Part shown: positions 12,460-23,600 of the stretch, one piece after another
Position numbering within the stretch: position 1 is the first letter of the stretch
Layout of the letters: every line of letters starts with the position of its first letter
Assembly (NCBI GenBank): GCA_030390025.1
Contig: CM059430.1
Coordinates: 40,362,001-40,426,000 of the forward strand
DNA: 64,000 bases
Origin: Squalus acanthias
Taxonomy: Eukaryota
Reading direction: 5' to 3'
Program-made: the position numbers and the translations under genes
The notes under the pieces: generated by a model
The model's input: only the letters and a program-made list of their open reading frames with translations
Databases searched by the model: none
Told to the model about the DNA's origin: nothing

Positions 12460-14466
12460 ACGTGTTCCACCCACCTGATACAGTCAGTACCTGCCAGCAC
12501 CAATCGTGCTCCCTAAAGGCATCTCGCCGATTGGGAGGGTGGGAAATCTGGCAGGGTGACCACTAGTTAAAAGCAGCCTGCAGCACTTTAAGGGGAAGGT
12601 ACACTGTTTGATAGTAAAAAAAAGTGATATTCTGGAACAGCAGGCATCATGACTTCAACCAAGACCACAGTTTCTCTGATAGACCAAGTCAGCAGCAGGA
12701 AGGAGGTCCTCTTCCGCTCCGATGGACGATGGGTGCCCAGACAAATTTCTCAGCAGCAATGGAGAGGGGTGGCAGAACATGTAGATGCCACAAGGATTGT
12801 TCCCAGGCCTGGCGGCAGTGCAGGAAAAAATGTAATGACCTCACCAGGACTCCCTTAACATCTCTCATACTGTCCACATAGCCCTGTACCACCCTAATGT
12901 AACTCAGCATTATTAATCCTTCCCTCCCCATCTTGTTATGCCTCCCCTCCAATCATAATGGGACACTTCACTCCTTCTGCTTGCACTCACACCCTCAAAG
13001 CCTACTATTGCTCTCACAACTACTTCCACTTCTTGGCCAAACTTGCTGCTACTTCCTGTCACCATGCACACGATGCTAAGCTGTCCCAAACAGTTTGAAA
13101 ACACTACAATAGGGCACAGACATACTCACTGCCACTCTTCCTGTAGAAGGAGCACGCACACAACAGAACAAAGAGTATGAGAACAAGAGGAGGATCTGCC
13201 TCTATGCTCACCCTGGCACCAATGGAAGAGGCCACCATCAACATCATTGGCAGAGAAATAGCACACAGGAAGTGATCAGGCTGGAAGCCATGCACAGCAG
13301 GACGTTTGGGCATTTAAAAAATAAATTCATTCTTGGGATGTGGGCATCGCTAGCACGGCCGGTGTTTATTGCCCATCCCTAGTTGCCCTGGATACAACTG
13401 ATTGGCTTTCTAGGACAGTTATGAGTCAATCATGTTGGTGTGGGACTGGGTAAGAATGGCAGGTTTCCTTCCCTAAAAGATATTAGTCAACCAGTTGGGT
13501 TTTTTATGACAATCTGACAGCCTCATGGTCACTTTTTTTTACTGCCCACAGGGCAATGTGGGTGTAATCAATGACTTGGAAGAATCCTGTAAACTGAGTG
13601 AACCCCAGGATCCTATCCTGCTGTATCTGGTGTCCATGGGGAAAGTCGTGAAAGTGTTTTCACCTGCTTAATGCAAGCATGGACTGCAGACTAACTGATG
13701 TTACTGACATCCCCTGTGGCAGCCTGGAAGGAGCCAAACGCAAAGGAGTTCGGGACTGCAGTGACCTTGACTGCAACAGGCAATTCTGTACTAGCTGTGG
13801 CAGTGGATTGCAAGAGGAGATACAACTCAGACAGCTTCTCTAGTCACTGCTCCTCAGCAAACTGCAGGTATGTTGCTCTGGGTCTATACACTTTGTTAAA
13901 AGGACAAAGATTCCTGCAAGCACGCTTCCTTCTATTTGCTCACCTTGTAGCTCTGTTTGCTCCTTCCTCCTGCCAGAGTGGAATTGCCAGAAGGATCTCT
14001 ACAAAGAAAAATGTGCACTGCCAGAAGCCCCATAAGAGTTCAGAATGTTCTACAGCCACTATAAGCACTTTGAAATTGCTAAGCACTTTGAAATTGTCCA
14101 AGTATCAAAAAAACCATAACATAATACAAGCAGAATGTCTCCCAAAACTTTCTAGTGTTTCACCTCAGAGCGGCTGAGGAGCGCTTTAAATATCACTGGA
14201 AACGACCACCTCCTGACTTGAACCATTCATGGTTTGTGGGCGGGACCAGAAACAAGCGGGTAGCAACACAGGTAGAGACGAAAACAGCAACAGGAGTCCT
14301 GACTACCTCATCTGATCCCAATTTTCATTTGTTCATTAGCCCCACCTATTTCGGGGTCGGCCCAAAAATCAGAAGAAGTAGACAACCAGCGGTTCCATTT
14401 CCCACCCAGCTTTGGTCCTGTTTTTAGGTGTGAACGGGGTGCTAACGAACATAAATCATCCCCCCA
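12460..14466 (+). mobile_element. Degenerate Harbinger-type element with Myb/SANT-like gene remnant
   Basis: Frameshifted RKEVLFRSDGR...QQWRGVAEHV...WRQCRKKCNDLTR (12700-12850) parallels the Myb/SANT-like ORF at 57710-58114. Boundaries are approximate. Confidence 0.55.
13320..13535 (-). mobile_element. Partial SINE (same family as 3545-3985)
   Basis: Reverse complement of the body and tail of the 3.6-4.0 kb SINE. Confidence 0.7.
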
Positions 14467-14567
14467 TGCTTACAGAGGTCACAACGCCCTTTAAGAAACC
14501 TATGTTTTATAAAATAGGAACATATGCCAACATTTTATCAACGTAAAATCGTTTCCCTGTTTCATTG

Positions 14568-15372
14568 TGGCAGATAGAGTTCAACGTGGGGAAGTGCAAG
14601 GTCATGCACTTTGGACCGAAGAAAGATAGATCAGAGCATTTTCAAAATGGCGAGAGGCTAGGAAATATGGAGGAGCAGAGAGATTTAGGGGTCCAAGTGC
14701 AGAAATCACTAAAAGCTAGTGGATAGGTACAAAAAAATAATTAAAAGGGCTAATGGAATGTTGGCCTTTATCTCAAGGGGGCTAAAATACAAAAGAATGG
14801 AAGTTATGTTACTGTTATATAAAGCTCTAGTTAGATCCCATTTGGAGTATTCATTCAGTTCTGGGCACCGCACCTCAGGAGGGGTATATTGGCCTTGGAG
14901 GGGGTGCAGCGCTGATTCACCAGAATGATACAGGAGCTAAAAGGGTTAAATTATGAGGATAGGTTGCATAGATTAGGCTTGTATTCCCTGAGTATAGAAG
15001 ATTAATGGGTGGTGTAATTGAGGTGTTTAAGATGGTTAACAGAGTTGATAAGGTAGAAACTATTTCCTCTGGTGAAGGAGTCCAGAACAAGGGGTATAAC
15101 CTTAAAATTAGAGCGAGGCTGGGGTGATACGTCAGGAAGCATTTCTTCACACAAAGGGTAGTGGCAATCTGGAATTCTCTCCCCCAAAAAGCTGTTGAGG
15201 CTAGGTCAATTGAAAATTTCAAAACTGAGATTGCTAGATTTTTGTTAGACAAGGGTATTACGGTTACGGAGCCAAAGCAGGTAGATGGAGTTAAGATACA
15301 GATCAGCCATGATCTAATGAAATGGCAGAACAGGCTCGAGGGGCTGAATGGCCTACTCCTGCTCGTATGATC
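14568..15372 (+). mobile_element. CR1 LINE 3' fragment
   Basis: KRANGMLAFISRG...YKALVRSHLEY, RKHFFTQRVVAIWNSLP, and tail GAATGGCCTACTCCTGCTC. Confidence 0.9.
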
Positions 15373-15694
15373 CTAGACAAAATATCAATGTCTGAAAGAA
15401 AGAAGGAAAGAAGGAAAGAAAAGTTTAAAAAATTGTCAGAATGGATTCCTAAAATTCTCATTATCTGAAACCATGGCAACAGAACCTGCATGAATAGTAG
15501 GATGAGTCAACTTGCCATTCAACGAATAGGGAAACAAGGGTAGAAAGCAGCAATACAAAATTGGGTAAAAATTAAGGAGCTGAAATTCCTCCGGTTTATA
15601 ATTTTACTGAAAAAGACAGCTTATGAAAGAGAATTTCCCACTCTACTGATGCTGACTTCTTTGATAAAATTGACAGGAAGAATCTCACCTTTAA

Positions 15695-16143
15695 ACGTGC
15701 ATTTATAATAGTACCTTTCACAATCTCAGGATGCCCCGAAGCACTTTGCAGCCAATTAAGTACTTTTGAAGGTTAGCCACTGTTGTAATGCAAGAAATGC
15801 AGCAATAAATTTGCACACAGCAAAATCCCACAAACAGCAATGAAATAAATGACTAAATTGTCTATTTTAGGTGTTGCTTGAGGGATAAAGGTTAGCCAGG
15901 ACACCAGGAGAACTCCCCTGCTTTTCTTCAAATTGTGCCATGGGATCTTTTACGTCTACCTGAGAGAGCAGACTGGGCCTCGGGTTAACATCTCATCTAA
16001 AGGCACCTCCGAAAGTGCAGCACTCCTTCAGTACTGCACTGAAGTGTCAGCCTATATTATGTGTTCAAGTCTCTGTAGTAGGGCTTGAACCTTTAATCTT
16101 CTGACTCAGTCGAGAGTGCTACCACGGAGCCAAGACCGACACT
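15695..16143 (-). mobile_element. Deu-domain SINE (SacSINE1/AmnSINE-like)
   Basis: Minus-strand head TTGGCTCCGTGGTAGCACTCTC...GGTTCAAGCCC, central CTGTGTGCAAATT..CTGC domain and L2-like tail. Second copy at 52880-53303. Confidence 0.8.
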
Positions 16144-17554
16144 TTACACATAATGAATAGTTACAATATTCTAATAATTTAATTATTTTGTTGATAATTA
16201 ACAGCCAATTGAAAGTTAAAAGTACTAATCATTAATTACAAAATCACTAGCATTTCATTTTCAAATGTTTTATCTTATTAGTTCTAATTAACATTTTAAC
16301 AACCGCATAAAAACAAAATCTAAGTGACATCTTAGGATGCAGTTGTACTGCCACTTTCACATCAAAGCAATGCGATTTCAGGCATCAACATAAAAATGAC
16401 AGAACTTGGGAGTCAGATTGGTTCCTGATCACACCAAAACTAAGAGGTGTGAGGACTCCCCTGGGATGGGAGGGTCAGTCTCACAACACTTTGAATTCAC
16501 ACTGGTGCACTGTAACTCAAAGTGCAAAGCTTCATTTTAAAAATTTCCCAGTGGTCCATTGGATCTCCTCAGAACTTTGCAAAGTAAATTTATAGCCTTT
16601 TTAACATTAAGAGGAAGCATATCCTGCCAAAGACTCTCTCAGAGAGCAGAGCTTTGTATAGGCATTCATGCATGAATGCGCATACATTGCACTGCCAGCA
16701 ACAAGGTGGTAAGAGTCAGTGGTCCATTCTACAGGTTATCGGTCTGGAAATAGTACCTTAGTATAACTACAGTCTTATAGTAATAAATCACATCCTTCTT
16801 TCTGACTTTGCCGATCAATCATTATTCTGGATTCTTTCTTGGTTTAGCTTTAAAAAAAACTGTGATGCATGACTTAATTTTCACATTCTAACCTTTAGCT
16901 CAATCACAACTTATTTAAAATACTACCAATCTCCAGTGACATTGTTCACAGTAAGTCAGACGATGTGCTGTTTTATAATAACAGGAGCATTATACCACGT
17001 ATACACAACGGGGTAGATTTTTATCTTCATCACCTAGACAGTAATCTGGGCGGTGGGGGTGCAGATTGGACACCCTTTGCAGAATTTGCCTGAATTTCAT
17101 TGCATTGAAATTAATGGAGTGAAGATTAGATGGGCGCTGTAAAAGCAGTGAATACTAAAATTACCTGCCCTTTCTTTTCAGGCCACAAAGTCTAATTGCT
17201 GAAAGTAAGCACACTTTGACTCACTTAGTGGGTACTGCTATTAGTGAAGAAAGTTTGCAGATTGACAGAAGCTTGTGAATTCCTTACTCCTGGTCGAATG
17301 AAACAACATCCTTTCTTTCCTTTTTTTTAAATAAATAGAGTGAAACCTGTAAATCACGGACACCTAAGGGACTGGCCTCAGCTCCCCTTTTTTTGCAGGT
17401 GTCCTTATTTTCAAAATGTAGGTACTGTAAAAATTATTCCAACAATCTTGAAGAACCAGCTGAGATTATGATCAGCATCTAATCAGCTCCAACAATGCTA
17501 AGAACTTAAGTTTGGAAGCAGAAATAACAACAAAATTGATGTGCCAAGTACAAT

Positions 17555-18416
17555 ATCTTCCGGGTCCACGTGGGGTCAGGTGTGTATACATCCTCTGGGT
17601 CCTCGTGGGGTCGGGTGTGTACACATCTTCTGGGTCTGTGTGGGGTCGGGTGTGTACACATCTTTTGGGCCCTCGTGGGGTCGGGTGTGTACACATCCTC
17701 TGGGTCTGTGTGGGGTCGGGTGTGTACACATTCTCTGGGCCCTCGTGGGGTCGGGTGTGTACACATCCTCTGGGCCCACGTGGAGTCGGGTGTGTACACA
17801 TCCTCTGGGCCTTTGTGGGGTCGGGTGTGTACACATCTTCTGGGCCCTCGTGGGGTCGGGTGTGTACACATCCTCTGGGTCTGTGTGGGGTCGGGTGTGT
17901 ACACATTTTCTGGGCCCTCGTGGGGTCGGGTGTGTACACATCCTCTGGGTCCTCGTGGGGTCGGGTGTGTACACATCTTCTGGGTCCACGTGGGGTCGGG
18001 TGTGTACACATCCTCTGGGCCCTCGTGGGGTCGGGTGTGTACACATCCTCTGGGTCCTCGTGGGGTCGGGTGTGTACACATCCTCTGGGCCTTCGTGGGG
18101 TCAGGTGTGTACACATCTTCTGGGTCCGTGTGGGGTCAGGTGTGTACACATCTTCTGGGCCCACGTGGGGCCTGGTGTGTACACATCTTCTGGGCCCACG
18201 TGGGGTCAGGTGTGTACACATCTTCTGGGTCCGTGTGGGGTCGAGTGTGTACACATCCTCTGGGTCCGTGTGGGGTCGGGTGTGTACACATCCTCTGGGT
18301 CCGTGTGGGGTCGGGTGTGTACACATCCTCTGGGTCCACGTGGGGTCGGGTGTGTACACATCCTCTGGGTCCACGTGGGGTCGGGTGTGTACACATCTTC
18401 TGGGTCTGTGTGGGGT
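17555..18416. repeat. 35-bp minisatellite, ~24.6 copies
   Basis: Unit GTGGGGTCGGGTGTGTACACATC(C/T)TCTGGG(T/C)C(C/T)NN. The first and last GTGGGG starts (17570, 18410) are exactly 24x35 bp apart. Confidence 0.97.
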
Positions 18417-19263
18417 TGCTTTTGGAAGCAGGGACAACGGCTGCAGGGGTGATTCAAATCACAATACTGGCATGAACAAAAGGAAATCCAGTAACAATCC
18501 CTCAGTCATCATGATCTTCAGACTCAGATACAGAACATTCTTTGAATATTTCAGTGTTACATCAGGCTGTGTTCATATTTTAAGATGTGAAAGCGCTTGG
18601 TGCATTCAAGGCTGTCCATTTTTGGGAGTGTTCATTTATACAGGTTTCGCTGTACTATTGCTGCTTTAAAGTGCTATGTATGAAATGTGTAGGATATGCA
18701 CTAGACATACTTTGCATAATATATCTATACATCCCTTTGAGTTTTTAACTCCAAAGAGCAATTATTAGCCTTCATCCTGCAATTAATACATTCAAACTAG
18801 TCTTTCCTTTTTATTAAAATTGTATGACATTACAATCACAAAGAGGAAGGAAAATCTATGGGAAAGTAGCTTTTTTCAAACTATTCTCCCAGTTAAAAGA
18901 AGAAATTGTATTATTCAAAGCTTTGTGGGAAATTGAAAAATTCCTGCTTACATTGCACATCGGGTCTCTTTCCTTGCTAGACTGTTCTGGTGACATTTAT
19001 TATGGAGAACACCACAAGTGATCCCATTGCAAACTGCAAGGAAGGAGGTGTCTTCAGGCTGACCTGAGGGCCATTTTGAAGCAGGACCACAGGAAACCTG
19101 CCCAAATTTATTTCACACAAGACCTTTACAGCTAGCAGTGCGAGGAAAAATCCATTCAGCCAATCTAGGCTGGGCTCAATTCCAGATTCTAAACATTAAA
19201 AAAAGTCAATATTCTAAGTCCATCAAATCTTGAACCACTCCCAAAATATGGTTCTTTCTTTAC

Positions 19264-19447
19264 CTGAAATTACAATGAACCCCTTTAATGAGAATAATTC
19301 CATTAAAGAAAGGAGGTAGTCAGCAACATATGAAAATATCTTTTTAGCATGCTGGCTAACATCTTTGAGTGTAGTTATACCCATTTTTGTGGTTTCTGCA
19401 TCACAACAATCCAAAAATAACAGTCTGACTCAGGTTCCGTTATAACT
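19264..19447 (-). other. Candidate second exon of an unidentified transcript
   Basis: Acceptor TCTCGCACTGCTCTGTTTTAG| before 19447 and donor CAG|GTAAAG after 19264. No transcript evidence. Confidence 0.35.
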
Positions 19448-20013
19448 CTAAAACAGAGCAGTGCGAGACCTCTCGGAGGAGGCCATCTCGCATTGCTTTG
19501 GCTTGACATCACATGTACTATAACTCCAGCACAATGTTTTGCCAAGCTTAAGAAGTGCTTAAAGCAGTTACTGGATCACCGGGATATTTTATAAACCTAA
19601 GCAGAGCTTATTTAAATATTTTGAGAGGGTGGGTACTCTCCCCATTTAAATTTGTGCCAGGAGTGGATGTCTGCACGTATGCAAAGAGCTCTCTCCTGGC
19701 CAGGAAATTCCAATTTCACAGCCAGGCAGCATAAACAAGATGCAACCAGTTGCAAATAGATCCTGTAACTACTGACTTAAAGATTTTTTATATATATTTA
19801 CAATAAACAATCAACAATAGGTTATACTACCAATAATACCAAGGTCTACTAACTATTTTATAACTTGAGAATTTTTTTTAGCTTCGAATTTTCAATTTCA
19901 CTTACTTTATTAAAAGAACTTGTTCCAAATTATTTTTTAAGCTTCTGCTAACAGAACAGAAATCCTCATGTTACATGTTTGCAGTTCGAGAATGGAGATG
20001 TGCCAACGGTTAC

Positions 20014-20125
20014 CTGGCACACTCTTCCATTTGATCCTCTGATATTGGCCTTCCACTTTAACAAGGTGAGACTTGGCCAACAGTGACTTCACAACCCAGC
20101 CAGGGGCGAACCGGCGCCATGTTGG
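20014..20125 (-). other. Candidate first exon of an unidentified transcript
   Basis: Starts at AACATGGCGCC (YY1-type motif) just downstream of tandem CREs and ends at donor CAG|GTAACC (GT at 20013-20012). Confidence 0.5.
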
Positions 20126-20640
20126 CGGTGACGTCATGGCGCGGTGACGTCACGGACCCAGGGCTGGGCGCGTGGTTCGGCAGGGCTGAGCTCGAGCTTG
20201 TCCCCGCCGCGCGACATCAGGGGCTGTGCGGCCGCACTGGGCGGCAGCGGGAGTCAATGCCGATACCGCAGCGCTCTCCAGCTCCATTCTCCCCCAGCGT
20301 ACAAAATCCCCCTGTGCTACAAACAGCAGCATCAAAAATAAAAGCGCACGCACCCAATATTGACAAACCTGCCCTTGGATTTTAAAAAAACAAAAGCGAG
20401 TCACCTGTAAACAAGTTCCCACAGACACCGCCTCAGCTTGTGCGCCGAATCTGGCAGCCGGTGACCGCCAAGCTGAGCGTAGGGATCGTCAGTCACCCTG
20501 CCTCATCTTTCGCCGAGCGAATGCAGTGCAGTTCCTTCGGGAGCCGACATTAGTTCCCTGGAGCAATGTAGCTGCGGGGCAGCATCCCCTCGCCTCCAGA
20601 GACAGGGAACCGATCTCCTTGTGCATCCCGTCAGTGACGC
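20100..20640. promoter_or_regulatory. CpG-island-like promoter with two perfect CRE sites
   Basis: TGACGTCA at 20129-20136 and 20145-20152, GC-box-like GGGCGG, CCAAT at ~20354, and high CpG density relative to the flanks. Confidence 0.75.
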
Positions 20641-23600
20641 TTTAGATCAAACATTTAAACTGCAGACAATCAGATTTTTACTGTGTGATCAGAAAGCAAA
20701 TTGGTGCTAAGCAATAGTATTCTACCACCCCACCCCCCCTCACCATTTGATCCAGGCATCTTCCGAAATTAGAAAGCACTTACTAGACTAGATCCGCAGT
20801 TTTTAAATGGCATTGGCAGTTGTTTTATTGGAGTACAAAAAGAAAAAAGATGAATGAAAACAGAACTATTGATACATTACGCAACATCTCAGATTTCTGT
20901 AAATATTTGACAGCGCTTTACTGGCTTTTGTTTGTGTTTTGTTTTGAGGATTGTGTGTGGCACTGCAGTTGTGATCTTCGAGTTTGGTAATCCTCAAGGA
21001 TTTGTCTTAGGGTCAGATAAGTATCAATTCAAATCAAGAGGATTACTGAGGAATCCAAAACTGAGAACAATGAGTGAGCAAGTTTTAATTGTCACCTGAC
21101 CTGAATATTTTACTTTATAGGGACAAATGTAAGATATATTTTAGCTCAATTTTAGAGAATGACCTACACTCTGACAAACTATTTAGTTTTCGTTTATTTT
21201 CTATGAATGGCATATTAGGGGATGTTACAAAATAAAGTAATTGTTCTACAGCATTTAAAAATACATTTATTATGGGGCGCTTAGCGGACTAGAAATATTT
21301 TATGGTGTGTTAATAATTTGGGGATCCTGCGCAGATCACATTAACTTTTGAAGTTATGCGTTCCACCTTTTAAAAGCTTTGGCATATTTGGTGTGAAAAC
21401 ATGATGATGACACAACATATGTGACATTTTCATCTTTATAATTAAATCATTGTAGGAAATAATTTTCTGTATATTTTAGTGGCAGAATAACTTGACTGTT
21501 AGGTGATGAATTTTCTTTCACACTTGTTTATTTTAAGTTGCAAATATGTAACACAATAAAAACGTAGATTTGCATTTCAAACGAATGCGTCAGGCGGAAC
21601 GGGACAAAATTTTAAGCAAAGTGAAATATAAAATTCATACAATTGTGATAATCGTGTTTCTTTCCAACGAAAAAGGAAGTTATATTTGTATATGAAAAAT
21701 AATCAAATACACACGATACTTTGTAACTTCTCTATCAGTAAGTATTTCATTTAACTGAGTCTGTCTTTATTGGTATTACACTCTCGTATACTGCGTAACC
21801 TACAGCTTTTAATAAGGATGTTTGTTAGGATCTCGCAATCTGCTGTTCAAATGTAGAGGCTTGTCCTTCTTTACAACAACAGTAATTAAATTCTGCAATT
21901 GTACTCTGTGATCGTCACTTTTGAAAACCAAGTGTGTCCTTGCAGAAACTAGCCCCAACACACATTTTACTTACCAGCATCAAATGCGATTCACTCAATT
22001 ACAGAGGACTTAAACACTATAATTAAATGATTTAAAAAATTTAAAGGTCAGTGTATGGATGGCCGTAGGGAATTGGCTGTGCAAATAAATGCGAAACGGA
22101 AGAATTTTTCAGAACAATTTGCACTTAAGCCGTGCGATTTCCTTCTGAGCAAATACTGCATGCGATGAAACAATTCGTATTTAAATTTCAAGCTAGTTAA
22201 AATTTAAGATGGAATTAAAATATTTTGAAGAGAATGAATATAAACTACATCAAAATGTATTTCTAATTATCAAATTTCTATTTGTGATAGATGTTATCGA
22301 ATATGTGTATTCAATATGTATTTAAAATCGAATTATATTACTTAGATTTAAGAATGCTTGATATGGAATGAGTTCAGTACTGTATGAAAATTGATAGGGG
22401 CATATCATAGTTATTCAGTGCAAACATTCATCGTATCCTTCATTTAAATACAAGACAGAAATTGAGTACAGTCGAATGTTGTATGCGTCGGTGTCATTTG
22501 TAAAGTGATATTTTAACATTTTATTTCGTCTCAAAGCAACATAAATAGTTTGCACGAATGTGGACAAGCTCGTTTTCATTAGATTTTACTTTAATGGAGA
22601 TAAAACTATTCCAAAAAATCGTTTCCGCTGTTTACTAGTTGTACATGTAAATGTGTATGATGAAAAAGAGCAAATTTGATTTTTTTTAAATCGCTTAGTA
22701 GAAATCTATTCATTTGTTATTTATAACTGATTTTATGTAGCCGTCTCGAAAATGAAGGTACAATTCGAAATGATGTAGAAACAACTTTCGGATGATGAAC
22801 TTAAAAGTTTCCTCCTATGTGCCAGTGTTGTTTGTGTATCTGTACTTCAAAGTATTTTAATTGCTTTCGTTCGACTTGCATTGAAGATCGGAAAATGTTT
22901 AAATTCTTTTGCTATATTAAATTTGTCAAACTGCATGAACACTAAGTAAGTAACCAAAACAATCGGTTAGCTATGATCCGAGATAGAAGACCAAACGGGA
23001 CCATCCACAGCAAGCACTGAGCTTGCATCACACAAACTTCAGTTTGATTAGTGACTTTGTTTCACTTTAAAAATAAATCAAATAGTCCCTTCATCTTTAC
23101 GTTACGCGTTTTGACGTAGAAAATGAATGGTCTAGCGGTGAAAGAGGAGACAGATCTGAAGTTATGTTTTAACAATACATAAATAAGCCTCTCCCTTGAC
23201 AGTTTATCTGCAGATAAACATGCCGGAAGCTGATGCTCCATAGACAAACAAAGTGTTCAATTTAATCCCGTTTGAGTGCCAGGAAGACAAAAGGACGAAG
23301 CGAATACCCAGAGCAGTTCCAAGGATCGTTTAGCGTCTAGTCCTGTAAATATTGGGGAATTTGGCTTGTTGTAAAACCCAGAGAGGATGCCGTGCTCGAA
23401 TTAACAGTTCCTGCATTGCAGGAAGTGCAACGATGTGTAAAATTAAATGCAGCTGTCGAAAAGGGGGGAAAAAGATCACTTCAATAAAAGAAATGCACTG
23501 TTCAAGGCAAATACCTGCGGTTTCATTAGGATAAAGGCTATGCGATCTTTATTGGGACTCATAGATCTTAAGTTCCAAAAGGGACCGAGACAGTGTTCCA

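Noticed and set aside
17555-18416. CRISPR-like array (regular ~35-bp period, palindromic core)
   Set aside because: Units are head-to-tail with no unique spacers, there are no cas genes, and the context is vertebrate.
17472-18669. 300-385 aa ORFs in several frames as protein genes
   Set aside because: They arise because the 35-bp unit lacks stop codons. There are no domains or supporting gene structure.
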